Assembly (NCBI RefSeq): GCF_058153355.1 | Contig: NZ_CM177019.1 | DNA: 64,000 bases | Direction: 5' to 3' (one strand) | Shown: piece after piece, positions 34,038 to 44,885 of the stretch | Numbering within the stretch: the stretch's first letter is position 1 | How the letters are laid out: every line of letters starts with the position of its first letter | Position numbers and translations under genes: made by a program | The notes under the pieces: generated by a model | The model's database searches: none | What the model saw: only the letters and a program-made list of their open reading frames with translations | What the model was told of the DNA's origin: nothing

Positions 34038-35263
34038 TGGCGCGATTTGTGGTGTTAGTGATTGATAGCTTTGGCGTAGGGGCAATGAAAGATGTCACGT
34101 TGGTGCGTCCGCAGGATGCCGGGGCGAATACCTGTGGTCACATCCTGAGCCAGTTGCCGCATTTGCAGCTACCAACGCTGGAGAAAATGGGGCTAATCAA
34201 CGCATTAGGTTATGCGCCTGGCGATATGCAGCCGTCAGACTCCGCAACCTGGGGTGTGGCAGAGCTGCAACATGAAGGTGGCGATACCTTTATGGGGCAT
34301 CAGGAAATTTTAGGCACGCGCCCGTTACCGCCGCTGCGGATGCCCTTTCGCGATGTGATTGACCGTGTTGAACAGGCATTAGTCACCGCTGGCTGGCGGG
34401 TTGAGCGCCGTGGCGAAGAGTTGCAATTTCTGTGGGTCAATCAGGCGGTTGCGATTGGCGATAATCTCGAGGCGGATTTAGGCCAGGTCTATAACATCAC
34501 CGCCAATCTCTCTGTGATCTCTTTTGACGACGCAATCAAAATTGGTCGTATCGTGCGTGAGCAGGTACAGGCCGGTCGGGTCATTGCATTTGGCGGCCTG
34601 TTAACTGACAGTCAGCGCATTCTCGATGCCGCAGAAAGCAAAGAAGGGCGCTTTATTGGCATCAATGCGCCGCGTTCTGGCGCTTATGACAACGGTTTCC
34701 AGGTCGTACATATGGGCTATGGCGTCGATGAAAAAGTGCAGGTGCCGCACCAACTGCATCAAGTGGGCGTGCCCACGGTGCTGGTGGGTAAGGTGGCAGA
34801 TATCGTCAGCAATCCTTATGGCGTGAGCTGGCAAAACCTGGTGGATAGCCAGCGGATTATGGATATCACCCTCGACGAATTTAACACGCATCCGACGGCG
34901 TTTATTTGCACCAATATCCAGGAAACCGACCTCGCTGGTCACGCAGAAGACGTCGCACGTTATGCCGAACGTTTGCAGGTCGTTGACCGTAACCTTGTCC
35001 GGCTTGTTGAGGCGATGCAGCCAGATGATTGCCTGGTCGTGATGGCGGATCACGGTAACGATCCGACCATTGGTCACAGCCACCATACCCGTGAAGTAGT
35101 GCCAGTGCTGGTTTATCAGCAAGGGCTGGTCCACACGCAACTCGGTGTGCGCACCACGCTTTCTGATGTGGGGGCTACCGTGTGTGAATTTTTCCGTGCG
35201 CCACCGCCACAAAATGGTCGCTCTTTTCTTTCCTCCCTCCGGTTTGCAGGAGACACCCTATGA
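34037..35263 (+). CDS. yhfW: Putative phosphopentomutase-family mutase YhfW
   Basis: 408 aa; the start overlaps the yhfX stop (TAATG). Confidence 0.8.
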   Translation: MARFVVLVIDSFGVGAMKDVTLVRPQDAGANTCGHILSQLPHLQLPTLEKMGLINALGYAPGDMQPSDSATWGVAELQHEGGDTFMGHQEILGTRPLPPLRMPFRDVIDRVEQALVTAGWRVERRGEELQFLWVNQAVAIGDNLEADLGQVYNITANLSVISFDDAIKIGRIVREQVQAGRVIAFGGLLTDSQRILDAAESKEGRFIGINAPRSGAYDNGFQVVHMGYGVDEKVQVPHQLHQVGVPTVLVGKVADIVSNPYGVSWQNLVDSQRIMDITLDEFNTHPTAFICTNIQETDLAGHAEDVARYAERLQVVDRNLVRLVEAMQPDDCLVVMADHGNDPTIGHSHHTREVVPVLVYQQGLVHTQLGVRTTLSDVGATVCEFFRAPPPQNGRSFLSSLRFAGDTL

Positions 35264-36138
35264 GTTTTGATCCGACGGGCTTCACCCTCGCCCATGAGCA
35301 TCTGCATATTGATCTCTCCGGCTTTAAAAACAACGTGGACTGCCGCCTTGATCAGTATGCGTTCATTTGCCAGGAGATGAACGACCTGATGGCACTGGGT
35401 GTGCGTAATGTGATTGAGATGACCAACCGTTACATGGGGCGCAATGCACAATTTATGCTCGATGTAATGCACGAGACGGGGATCAACGTGGTGGCCTGCA
35501 CCGGTTATTACCAGGACGCGTTTTTCCCGCAACATGTGGCGACCCGCAGCGTGCAGGAACTGGCGCAGGAGATGGTCGATGAAATTGAACAGGGTATCGA
35601 TGGCACGGAGCTGAAAGCCGGGATCATCGCGGAGATCGGCTCCAGCGAAGGAAAGATTACGCCGCTGGAAGAGAAAGTTTTTATTGCCGCCGCGCTGGCA
35701 CATAACCAGACCGGACGCCCGATCTCCACGCATACGTCGTTCAGCACGATGGGGCTGGAGCAATTGGCTCTGTTGCAAGCCCACGGAGTTGATCTTTCGC
35801 GCGTCACCGTTGGTCACTGCGATCTGAAAGACAACCTCGACAACATTTTGAAGATGATCGATCTCGGCGCGTATGTGCAGTTCGACACCATCGGCAAGAA
35901 CAGTTACTACCCGGACGAAAAGCGCATTGCGATGCTCCACGCGCTACGTGACCGTGGTTTGCTGAACCGCGTCATGCTGTCGATGGATATTACGCGCCGC
36001 TCCCATTTAAAAGCCAACGGTGGTTATGGCTATGACTATTTATTGACCACCTTTATTCCGCAATTGCGCCAGTCAGGATTCAGTCAGGCCGATGTGGATG
36101 TGATGTTACGTGAAACTCCCTCTCAATTTTTCCAATAA
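35260..36138 (+). CDS. php: Phosphotriesterase homology protein
   Basis: 292 aa starting [20 protein letters not shown] (metal-binding HxH); overlaps the yhfW end. Confidence 0.9.
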   Translation: MSFDPTGFTLAHEHLHIDLSGFKNNVDCRLDQYAFICQEMNDLMALGVRNVIEMTNRYMGRNAQFMLDVMHETGINVVACTGYYQDAFFPQHVATRSVQELAQEMVDEIEQGIDGTELKAGIIAEIGSSEGKITPLEEKVFIAAALAHNQTGRPISTHTSFSTMGLEQLALLQAHGVDLSRVTVGHCDLKDNLDNILKMIDLGAYVQFDTIGKNSYYPDEKRIAMLHALRDRGLLNRVMLSMDITRRSHLKANGGYGYDYLLTTFIPQLRQSGFSQADVDVMLRETPSQFFQ

Positions 36139-36148
36139 GGACAGACTC

Positions 36149-36502
36149 ATGAAAAAGATTGGTGTTGCAGGCTTACAGCGTGAGCAGATTAAAAAAACCA
36201 TTGAAGCGACGGCTCCTGGCTGTTTTGAAGTTTTCATTCATAACGACATGGAAGCGGCGATGAAGGTGAAATCCGGGCAACTGGATTACTACATCGGCGC
36301 GTGTAATACCGGTGCGGGCGCGGCATTGTCGATTGCCATCGCGGTGATTGGCTATAACAAAAGTTGCACCATTGCCAAGCCGGGCATTAAAGCGAAAGAC
36401 GAGCATATCGCCAAAATGATCGCCGAAGGGAAAGTGGCGTTTGGGCTATCCGTTGAGCATGTCGAACACGCGATTCCGATGCTGATTAACCATCTGAAAT
36501 AA
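36149..36502 (+). CDS. yhfU: Uncharacterised protein YhfU
   Basis: Start taken at the internal MKKIGVAGLQREQIKK (117 aa), which avoids a long overlap with php. Confidence 0.75.
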   Translation: MKKIGVAGLQREQIKKTIEATAPGCFEVFIHNDMEAAMKVKSGQLDYYIGACNTGAGAALSIAIAVIGYNKSCTIAKPGIKAKDEHIAKMIAEGKVAFGLSVEHVEHAIPMLINHLK

Positions 36503-36513
36503 AAGGCACGACT

Positions 36514-37818
36514 ATGGATCTGTATATTCAGATTATCGTGGTGGCGTGCCTGACGGGTATGACATCGCTTCTGGCGCATCGCTCGGCAGCCGTTTTTCAT
36601 GACGGTATCCGCCCGATCCTGCCGCAACTGATTGAAGGCTATATGAACCGTCGTGAGGCGGGGAGTATCGCTTTTGGTCTGAGCATTGGTTTTGTGGCCT
36701 CGGTGGGGATCTCTTTTACCCTGAAAACCGGGCTGCTCAACGCATGGTTACTCTTTCTTCCTACCGATATCCTCGGCGTACTGGCGATAAACAGCCTGAT
36801 GGCGTTTGGCCTTGGTGCACTCTGGGGCGTACTGATCCTCACCTGCCTGCTGCCGGTAAACCAGCTGCTGACCGCGCTACCGGTGGATGTATTAGGTAGT
36901 CTGGGGGAATTAAGCTCGCCAGTGGTTTCAGCTTTTGCACTGTTCCCGTTGGTGGCGATTTTCTACCAGTTTGGCTGGAAGCAAAGTCTGATCGCCGCCG
37001 TGGTAGTGTTGATGACCCGTGTGGTGGTAGTGCGCTATTTCCCGCATCTCAATCCGGAATCCATCGAAATCTTTATTGGCATGGTGATGCTGCTGGGGAT
37101 CGCGATTACTCACGACCTGCGTCATCGTGATGAAAATGATATCGATGCCAGCGGTATGTCGGTGTTTGAAGAACGCACGTCCAGGATTATTAAAAACTTA
37201 CCCTATATCGCCATCGTAGGGGCGCTGATTGCCGCCGTTGCCAGCATGAAGATTTTTGCTGGTAGTGAAGTGTCGATCTTCACCCTGGAGAAAGCATATT
37301 CCGCAGGCGTAACGCCGGAACAATCACAAACGCTGATCAACCAGGCGGCGCTGGCGGAATTTATGCGCGGGCTTGGCTTTGTGCCTTTGATTGCCACCAC
37401 GGCCTTAGCCACCGGCGTATATGCAGTTGCGGGCTTTACCTTTGTTTATGCGGTGGGCTATCTCTCGCCGAATCCGATGGTTGCGGCGGTATTAGGCGCA
37501 GTGGTTATTTCGGCAGAAGTCCTGTTACTTCGTTCGATCGGCAAATGGCTGGGACGCTACCCATCGGTACGTAATGCGTCGGATAACATCCGTAACGCCA
37601 TGAATATGCTGATGGAAGTGGCTCTGTTGGTCGGTTCGATTTTCGCAGCAATTAAGATGGCGGGCTATACCGGATTCTCTATCGCGGTTGCCATTTACTT
37701 CCTCAACGAATCTCTGGGCCGTCCGGTACAGAAAATGGCGGCACCGGTCGTAGCAGTAATGATCACCGGCATCCTGCTGAATGTTCTTTACTGGCTTGGT
37801 CTGTTCGTTCCGGCTTAA
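36514..37818 (+). CDS. yhfT: Putative inner-membrane transporter YhfT
   Basis: 434-aa polytopic membrane ORF. Confidence 0.8.
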   Translation: MDLYIQIIVVACLTGMTSLLAHRSAAVFHDGIRPILPQLIEGYMNRREAGSIAFGLSIGFVASVGISFTLKTGLLNAWLLFLPTDILGVLAINSLMAFGLGALWGVLILTCLLPVNQLLTALPVDVLGSLGELSSPVVSAFALFPLVAIFYQFGWKQSLIAAVVVLMTRVVVVRYFPHLNPESIEIFIGMVMLLGIAITHDLRHRDENDIDASGMSVFEERTSRIIKNLPYIAIVGALIAAVASMKIFAGSEVSIFTLEKAYSAGVTPEQSQTLINQAALAEFMRGLGFVPLIATTALATGVYAVAGFTFVYAVGYLSPNPMVAAVLGAVVISAEVLLLRSIGKWLGRYPSVRNASDNIRNAMNMLMEVALLVGSIFAAIKMAGYTGFSIAVAIYFLNESLGRPVQKMAAPVVAVMITGILLNVLYWLGLFVPA

Positions 37819-37829
37819 GGAAGGCACCT

Positions 37830-38915
37830 ATGAAGACGTTTCCTTTGCAAAGCCTGACGCTTATTGAAGCGCAGCAAAAGCAGTTTGCGTTGGTGGATAC
37901 GATTTGCCGCCATTTTCCCGGCGCGGAGTTTCTTACCCGCGGTGATTTGGGCTTAACGCCGGGACTGAATCAACCGCGTATTACTCAGCGTGTGGAGCAG
38001 GTGCTGGCTGACGCGTTTCATGCGCCAGCGGCGGCGCTGGTACAGGGCGCGGGTACTGGAGCGATTCGTGCGGCGTTGGCGGCTTTGCTCAAACCGGGGC
38101 AGCGTCTTCTGGTGCATGACGCGCCTGTTTACCCGACGACTCAGGTCATTATTGAGCAGATGGGGCTGACACTTATCACTGCTGATTTCAACAACCTGTC
38201 GGCGCTTAAACAGGCCATTGAAGAGCAACAACCAGATGCCGCGCTGGTGCAGCATACGCGCCAGCAGCCGCAGGACAGCTATGTACTGGCAGATGTGCTG
38301 GCAACGCTGCGCGCAGCAGGTGTTCCAGCCTTAACCGATGACAACTATGCGGTGATGAAGGTGGCGCGCATTGGCTGTGAATGCGGGGCGAATGTCTCGA
38401 CATTTTCCTGCTTCAAGCTATTTGGGCCAGAAGGTGTTGGCGCGGTGGTAGGCGATGCTGATGTTATTAACCGTATTCGCGCCACGCTCTACTCCGGCGG
38501 CAGCCAGATTCAGGGCGCGCAGGCGTTGGAAGTCTTGCGTGGGCTGGTATTCGCGCCAGTGATGCACGCGGTACAGGCGGGGGTATCTGAGCGGTTGCTG
38601 GCTTTACTTAACGGTGGCGCGGTGGCGGAAGTTAAAAGCGCCGTTATTGCCAATGCACAGTCGAAGGTGTTGATTGTGGAGTTTCATCAACCGATTGCCG
38701 CCAGAGTGCTTGAAGAGGCGCAAAAGCGCGGCGCGTTGCCTTATCCGGTCGGCGCAGAGTCAAAATATGAAATCCCGCCGCTCTTTTATCGACTTTCCGG
38801 AACGTTTCGTCAGGCGAATCCGCAATTAGAACATTGTGCAATTCGCATTAACCCGAATCGCAGCGGTGATGAGACGGTATTGCGGATTTTGCGCGAGAGT
38901 ATTGCCAGCGTTTAA
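37830..38915 (+). CDS. yhfS: Putative PLP-dependent aminotransferase-like protein YhfS
   Basis: 361-aa ORF, last gene of the yhf cluster. Confidence 0.8.
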   Translation: MKTFPLQSLTLIEAQQKQFALVDTICRHFPGAEFLTRGDLGLTPGLNQPRITQRVEQVLADAFHAPAAALVQGAGTGAIRAALAALLKPGQRLLVHDAPVYPTTQVIIEQMGLTLITADFNNLSALKQAIEEQQPDAALVQHTRQQPQDSYVLADVLATLRAAGVPALTDDNYAVMKVARIGCECGANVSTFSCFKLFGPEGVGAVVGDADVINRIRATLYSGGSQIQGAQALEVLRGLVFAPVMHAVQAGVSERLLALLNGGAVAEVKSAVIANAQSKVLIVEFHQPIAARVLEEAQKRGALPYPVGAESKYEIPPLFYRLSGTFRQANPQLEHCAIRINPNRSGDETVLRILRESIASV

Positions 38916-39019
38916 TTCTGGGAACGATGTTTTCGCAGAGGATGGAGAAAAATACGCCCTCGGAAAATTCAGAGGGCGTTAGCTCATTAAATCGGTGTTA
39001 GCCGATTTCTGTCAGAGAC

Positions 39020-39187
39020 TTACTGTGCAGTAGGACCGCAACCGCCAATGATTTTAGAAATAGAAATTGCCGGGTGCAGCAGGTAGTCGTAAGAGCAGTT
39101 CTTATCACGGTTTTCAATATGACCAGTACATGCAGTTAACGTAGCCAGTACTGCACCTACCAGTGCAACTTTAATAAATTTGTTCAT
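39020..39187 (-). CDS. yhfL: Small lipoprotein YhfL
   Basis: Not in the ORF track (<60 aa). Manual minus-strand translation gives MNKFIKVALVGAVLATLTACTGHIENRDKNCSYDYLLHPAISISKIIGGCGPTAQ (55 aa) with a lipobox LTAC. Confidence 0.8.
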   Translation of the reverse strand: MNKFIKVALVGAVLATLTACTGHIENRDKNCSYDYLLHPAISISKIIGGCGPTAQ

Positions 39188-39433
39188 TTACATTCCCTAT
39201 GTATTATATATTAATTAATATTCATTGATTATATGAATATAAGCGGACTGCTCATAAAAAACGATACAGGAATATTTAATTGGCGTCAGTGAGTGAATGA
39301 CTTAATTTTGTAAGTCGCTGTAACGGTGAATATAATCCATTAGCAAATGATATTTATTAAGAGGGTATGCTTTATTTGCTGAATATATAAAAAGAGTGAT
39401 AAAGAGGGCCAGAATTATCTGGCCCGGGTAAAA

Positions 39434-40807
39434 TTAATGGTTAGAGAACCAGTTCAATTTATCGCGCAGGCCAACGACCCGACCAATAATAATTAATGAG
39501 GGACTGTTCATTTGCTGCGCCAGCTCGCCCAGCTGCGAGAGTGTACCGTCAATCACGCGTTGCGTTACCGCCGTACCGTTTTCGACAATCGCCACCGGCA
39601 TTTCGCCAGGCATTCCGTGTTCAATCAGTTTTTGCTGAATGGTCGCGGCCTGATTAAGCCCCATATAGAACACCAGCGTCTGTTTTTCGGCTGCCAGGTT
39701 TTCCCAGTCCAGCTCGCCACCGGTTTTTAAGTGTCCGGTAATTAAGCGTACGCTCTGAGCATAATCGCGATGCGTGAGCGGAATGCCCGAATAGGCAGAG
39801 CAACCAGAAGCTGCGGTAATACCTGGAACCACCGAGAACGGAATGCCTGCATTGCACAGTGTTTCCAGCTCTTCGCCACCACGGCCAAAAATAAACGGAT
39901 CGCCGCCTTTCAGCCGCACCACGCGTTTGCCTTTTTGCGCTTCCCGCAGCAGGATCTGGTTAATCTCTTCCTGCGGTACGCAGTGGTATCCCGCGCGTTT
40001 GCCGACGAAGACACGATCCGCATCGCGGCGTACCAGATTCATAATATCGTCAGAAACCAGACGGTCGTAGACCACCACATCTGCCTGCTGAATTTGTTGC
40101 AGTCCTTTTAGTGTCAGCAGACCGGCATCGCCCGGACCTGCGCCAACCAGCACCACTTCACCGCGATGATCGAGCGGTTCATTGATTAACTGTTCGGTCG
40201 TTTCGGTAATGGCTTTCTGATCGTTGTTCGCCAGCGACTGCGCCAGGCGATCATTAACGAACAGTTTTTCCCAGAAACGGCGACGTTCACCCATCGTGGC
40301 GAACTGTCTTTTGACCCGACCGCGTAACTGCCCCGCATATTTTGCTACCTGGCCGAGATGCAGCGGCAGCAGTGATTCAAGTTTTTCGCGCAACAGTCGC
40401 GCCAGAACCGGAGAGGTGCCGCCAGAGGAGACCGCTACCATGAGCGGGGAGCGGTCAATAATCGACGGCATAATAAAGCTGGCGGCTTTCGGCGCATCGA
40501 CCACGTTACAGAAGATACGACGAGATTCGGCGGCTTCGCTGACACGCTGGTTAAGCGCGTCATCATCCGTCGCCGCAATTGCCAGCCAGCAGGTGTCGAG
40601 AAGGCTTTCATCAAATGGCCCTTCGACGAGGGTTAACATGCCTGCATCTGCCCATGCGGTGAACTGTGGAATAAACGCTAATGCATTCACCGTTAAGCGA
40701 GCACCTGCGTCTAACAGCAACCTTGCTTTGCGTTCCGCGACATCACCACCGCCGACAATCAAACAGTCGCGGTCGCGTAATTGGCAAAATATAGGCAAAT
40801 GATCCAC
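39434..40807 (-). CDS. cysG: Siroheme synthase (multifunctional)
   Basis: 457 aa, [31 protein letters not shown]..., with a C-terminal SAM-dependent methyltransferase region. Confidence 0.95.
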   Translation of the reverse strand: MDHLPIFCQLRDRDCLIVGGGDVAERKARLLLDAGARLTVNALAFIPQFTAWADAGMLTLVEGPFDESLLDTCWLAIAATDDDALNQRVSEAAESRRIFCNVVDAPKAASFIMPSIIDRSPLMVAVSSGGTSPVLARLLREKLESLLPLHLGQVAKYAGQLRGRVKRQFATMGERRRFWEKLFVNDRLAQSLANNDQKAITETTEQLINEPLDHRGEVVLVGAGPGDAGLLTLKGLQQIQQADVVVYDRLVSDDIMNLVRRDADRVFVGKRAGYHCVPQEEINQILLREAQKGKRVVRLKGGDPFIFGRGGEELETLCNAGIPFSVVPGITAASGCSAYSGIPLTHRDYAQSVRLITGHLKTGGELDWENLAAEKQTLVFYMGLNQAATIQQKLIEHGMPGEMPVAIVENGTAVTQRVIDGTLSQLGELAQQMNSPSLIIIGRVVGLRDKLNWFSNH

Positions 40808-40825
40808 GTAAAAACCCCTTAATAA

Positions 40826-41632
40826 TTAACCGGCAGCCGTTTCAGTTTGATTAAATTTGTCCGCAACCGGACGATTAGCTTTCGGCGTAGCATACCAATA
40901 ACCCAATCCCATGAATACGGCGCCCGATAAAGTATTACCCAGCGTCACCCACAGCAGGTTATGACCAATACCCGCCAGCGTGTAGGCTTCGTTGTGGTTG
41001 CCGAACCATGAGAGCGCGAACAGCGTCATGTTAGCGATGGAGTGCTCGTAACCGGACGCAATAAACGCCAGCAGACACCACCAGATTGCGATAAATTTCG
41101 CCGCGCCTTCAGTACGCAGTGCCATCCAGATTGCCAGACAAACCAGCCAGTTACACAATGCGCCTTTGAAGAACAGTACCATTGCCGGTGCGGTGGTTTT
41201 AGCCAATGCGACGGAGTGAACAATACTGGTATCTACCGGCAGCAGGCTACCACCGCCCCAGCTATAGAGCATGGCAACGAAGACGGAACCGACCAGGTTA
41301 CCCAGCCAGGTTTGCGGCAGGATTGCCCACATTTGCCCGTGGCTGATGGTGCCTGCTTTTACCCCAAAGGTGAGGAACATGGTGTGTCCGGTGAACAGTT
41401 CAGAACCGGCGATAATCACCAGCGTTAAAGCGATACCAAAGGTCGCGCCCATCACCAGCGGACGTACGGATGGATCGAGCAAATTACCGAGCGTGAAAAT
41501 CAGGATGATCCCAAGACCTACATACGCGCCCGCCATGGCGGAGCTGACCCAAAAGCCGAGCGGGTTATTTGCCGACAGGCGTGCAATGCGCGCAGCGTTA
41601 GCCGCACACTTATTAATAGTGTCTGTAAACAT
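40826..41632 (-). CDS. nirC: Nitrite transporter NirC (FNT family)
   Basis: 268-aa polytopic membrane ORF between cysG and nirD. Confidence 0.9.
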   Translation of the reverse strand: MFTDTINKCAANAARIARLSANNPLGFWVSSAMAGAYVGLGIILIFTLGNLLDPSVRPLVMGATFGIALTLVIIAGSELFTGHTMFLTFGVKAGTISHGQMWAILPQTWLGNLVGSVFVAMLYSWGGGSLLPVDTSIVHSVALAKTTAPAMVLFFKGALCNWLVCLAIWMALRTEGAAKFIAIWWCLLAFIASGYEHSIANMTLFALSWFGNHNEAYTLAGIGHNLLWVTLGNTLSGAVFMGLGYWYATPKANRPVADKFNQTETAAG

Positions 41633-41757
41633 TTGATTATCCTTTAAAAAATAAAAACAAAAAATAAAACAAAAAGTTTAAAAAATGTCCTGCAATATAC
41701 CGAAGGTCATTGCAGGACCATGCAAAAAGGGGAGGCATTGCGCCTCCCGTTAAAACA

Positions 41758-42084
41758 TTAACCGCGTAGCTGTACCACGCCGTCTTTCACTCGCGCTTCG
41801 TAATGCTTGACGGAAAACTGTTCGTCTTCCATGCACAAGCCGTCACTTAAGCGAAAACGCTGTTTTTTCAGCGGACTGGCGACCCACAGCTCGCCCTGGT
41901 GTTCCGCAATCAGCCCGCGTGATAGCACGCTGGATTCGAAGAACGGATCGATGTTGCTGATCGCAAACACCTGGTCGCTGTGATACGGGCGGAAAATCGC
42001 TACCTGCTCGTCACCTAACAGCGCGCAGACGCCGGTTTCAGGCAGGATGTCATCAATTTTGCAGATGTCTTTCCACTGGCTCAT
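41758..42084 (-). CDS. nirD: Nitrite reductase small subunit
   Basis: 108 aa, MSQWKDICKIDDILPETG... (Rieske-like). Confidence 0.95.
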   Translation of the reverse strand: MSQWKDICKIDDILPETGVCALLGDEQVAIFRPYHSDQVFAISNIDPFFESSVLSRGLIAEHQGELWVASPLKKQRFRLSDGLCMEDEQFSVKHYEARVKDGVVQLRG

Positions 42085-44624
42085 GCGTTGTCCTCCACCA
42101 GAGTTACCGGGATACGTTCATACGGCGTTGCCGGACGGTGCTGTTCGCGCTCTGGCACCATCTGCACGTTCGGGTCACGCTTATCGCTGTTGATGAAGTG
42201 TTTGAAGCGAGTCTGCGCAGACGGCGTATTGACCGTTTCAGTCCACTCACACACTACCGCTTCACGCAGGCGCGCCATCTCTTCTTCCAGATGTGCGTTC
42301 AGCCCCAGCTTGTCGTCAATGATCACCGCTTTCAGGTAATCAATGCCGCCTTCGAGGTTTTCTAACCACGGTGCGGTACGCGTCAGTTTGTCGGCAGTAC
42401 GGATGTAGAACATCATGAAGCGGTCAAGATATTTGATCAGCGTTTCGCGATCGATATCCGCTGCCAGCAGATCCGCATGACGCGGTTTCATGCCGCCGTT
42501 ACCGCAAACGTACAGGTTCCAGCCTTTTTCGGTGGCGATAATACCTACGTCTTTACCCTGAGCTTCTGAACATTCACGGGTACAGCCGGAGACACCGAAC
42601 TTCATTTTGTGCGGCGTACGGATGCCTTTGTAGCGGTTTTCCAGTTCCACGCCGAGGCCGACGCTGTCGCCAACGCCGTAGCGGCACCAGGTGCTACCCA
42701 CGCAGGTTTTCGCCATACGCAGTGCTTTCGCATACGCATGACCGGTTTCGAAACCTGCTTCAATCAGCTGACGCCAGATCTCCGGCAGATCGTCTTTCTG
42801 TGCGCCAAACATCGCCAGACGCTGGGAGCCGGTGATTTTGGTGTAGAGATTAAATTCACGCGCGATACGACCCACTGCCATCAGCCCTTCTGGGGTGATT
42901 TCACCACCCGGAGAACGCGGGATCACCGAGTAGGTGCCGTCTTTCTGGATGTTAGCGAGGAAGTTGTCGTTAGAATCCTGCAGCGGAGTATGTTCCGGCT
43001 TCAGAATGTATTCGTTCCAGCAGGAGGCCAGCAGCGAACCGACGGTCGGTTTACAAACCTCACAACCGTAGCCTTTACCGTGTTTCGCCAGCAGTTCTTC
43101 GAAGGTTTTAATGCCTTCAACGCGGATCAAATGGAACAGTTCCTGACGCGAATAAGCAAAGTGTTCGCACAGGTTATTGTTAACTTCGATACCCTGTTTT
43201 GCCAGTTCCGCGTTCAGTACCTGAGTGACCAGCGGGATACAGCCACCGCAGCCAGTACCCGCTTTGGTTTCGGCTTTCAGCGCCGCAACGGTGTGGCAGC
43301 CTTTGTTGATGGCAGCAATCAGATCGCCTTTGGTGACGTCAAAGCAGGAGCAGATTTGCGCGCTGTCCGGCAGTTTATCAACACCAATAGACGGCTTGCC
43401 GCTACCTGAGTGCGCCGGCAGGATCAGGGAATCCGGGTTTTCCGGCAGTTCGATTGCGTTCAGCACCAGTTGCAGCAGGTTACCGTAGTCGCTGGTATCA
43501 CCCACCAGTACTGCACCGAGCAGGGTTTTGTTGTCTTCGCTGACAATCAGGCGTTTGTAGATCTCTTTGCTTTCGTCGAGGTAAACGTAGCTACGTGTGC
43601 CAGGCGTGCGACCGTGCGCATCACCAATACCCCCTACGTCTACGCCCAGCAGTTTCAGCTTGGCGCTAAGGTCAGCACCTTCAAAGGCGTTTTCGCTGCC
43701 AAGAATATGGTCAACGGCGACCTGCGCCATTTTGTAGCCTGGTGCTACCAGACCAAATACACGGTTGTTCCAGCTTGCGCATTCACCGATGGCGTAGATA
43801 TCCGGATCGGAAGTCTGGCAGGAATCATTTATGACGATACCCCCACGCGGAGCAACGTCCAGACCACACTGGGTTGCCAGCTTATCGCGCGGACGGATAC
43901 CAGTAGAGAAGACGATAAAGTCAACTTCCAGTTCGCTGCCGTCGGCAAAACGCATGGTTTTACGCGCTTCGACACCTTCCTGCACAATCTCAAGGGTGTT
44001 TTTGCTGGTGTGAACGCGCACGCCCATACTTTCGATTTTGCGACGCAGCTGCTCGCCACCCATCTGATCAAGCTGTTCCGCCATCAGCATAGGGGCAAAT
44101 TCGATAACGTGGGTTTCAATACCTAAGTTTTTCAGCGCGCCAGCGGCTTCCAGACCTAACAGGCCGCCGCCAACAACGGCACCGCGTTTGCTGCGACGGG
44201 CGCAGGATTCAATGGCGTTGAGGTCTTCAATGGTGCGATAGACAAAGCAGTCCTGAGTATCAGAACCTTTGATTGGCGGGATCCACGGATAGGAACCGGT
44301 CGCCATGATCAGCTTGTCATAAAAAACGGTACGTCCGGCGCTGGAGTGAATCACCTTCTCCTGACGGTTGATGGTGATAGCGCGTTCGCCGACCAGAACT
44401 TTAATACCGTGTTTTTCGTAAAAGCCTTCGCGCACCAGCGACAGCTCTTCGGCGGTGTGGTGAGAGAAGTAAGACGAGAGGTGTACGCGGTCATAAGCGA
44501 TGCGCGGTTCTTCACAGAAAACGGTAATATCAAAGTTGGCCGCATCAGATTTATCAAGAAGATCTTCGATAAAGCGATGGCCGACCATACCGTTACCGAT
44601 AATTGCGAGTCTGACTTTGCTCAT
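42081..44624 (-). CDS. nirB: NADH-dependent nitrite reductase large subunit
   Basis: 847 aa, MSKVRLAIIGNGMVGHRFIEDL..., FAD/NAD-binding with siroheme/Fe-S cysteines. Confidence 0.95.
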   Translation of the reverse strand: MSKVRLAIIGNGMVGHRFIEDLLDKSDAANFDITVFCEEPRIAYDRVHLSSYFSHHTAEELSLVREGFYEKHGIKVLVGERAITINRQEKVIHSSAGRTVFYDKLIMATGSYPWIPPIKGSDTQDCFVYRTIEDLNAIESCARRSKRGAVVGGGLLGLEAAGALKNLGIETHVIEFAPMLMAEQLDQMGGEQLRRKIESMGVRVHTSKNTLEIVQEGVEARKTMRFADGSELEVDFIVFSTGIRPRDKLATQCGLDVAPRGGIVINDSCQTSDPDIYAIGECASWNNRVFGLVAPGYKMAQVAVDHILGSENAFEGADLSAKLKLLGVDVGGIGDAHGRTPGTRSYVYLDESKEIYKRLIVSEDNKTLLGAVLVGDTSDYGNLLQLVLNAIELPENPDSLILPAHSGSGKPSIGVDKLPDSAQICSCFDVTKGDLIAAINKGCHTVAALKAETKAGTGCGGCIPLVTQVLNAELAKQGIEVNNNLCEHFAYSRQELFHLIRVEGIKTFEELLAKHGKGYGCEVCKPTVGSLLASCWNEYILKPEHTPLQDSNDNFLANIQKDGTYSVIPRSPGGEITPEGLMAVGRIAREFNLYTKITGSQRLAMFGAQKDDLPEIWRQLIEAGFETGHAYAKALRMAKTCVGSTWCRYGVGDSVGLGVELENRYKGIRTPHKMKFGVSGCTRECSEAQGKDVGIIATEKGWNLYVCGNGGMKPRHADLLAADIDRETLIKYLDRFMMFYIRTADKLTRTAPWLENLEGGIDYLKAVIIDDKLGLNAHLEEEMARLREAVVCEWTETVNTPSAQTRFKHFINSDKRDPNVQMVPEREQHRPATPYERIPVTLVEDNA

Positions 44625-44682
44625 TTTTGCCTCGATTTCTTTTCTATTACCGCCTACCTTAACGATTCAGCAACCCCGCTTA

Positions 44683-44696
44683 TTGATGTAAATCAA
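44683..44696. promoter_or_regulatory. FNR binding site of the nirB promoter (TTGATgtaaATCAA)
   Basis: Perfect FNR consensus half-sites, centred about 65 bp upstream of the nirB ATG, consistent with a -41.5 class II site. Confidence 0.8.
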
Positions 44697-44885
44697 ATTC
44701 ACCTTTATATACTCCTTAAGAGGTATATTGCTGATTTGTATAAATTTTCTTAAGTCACGGAATTGTCTGATATTTCATGTTTGTGCAAAAAACAGACAAA
44801 ATGAACGGGTTTATAGAAATAGATGTACGTAGCAGGGTAAGAGAGGAAAAGGCCGGACGACGATAGTGCCGCCCGGCATGAGCAA

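Noticed and set aside
35116-35940. 274-aa minus-strand ORF spanning the yhfW/php junction, and 203-aa ORF at 34601-35212
   Set aside because: Antisense to coding genes that are conserved in K-12 gene order; no supporting signals.
42609-44126. Plus-strand ORFs of 266 and 238 aa inside nirB
   Set aside because: Antisense to the well-supported nirB CDS; no RBS context, and the translations are not protein-like (rich in R/F/T/V).
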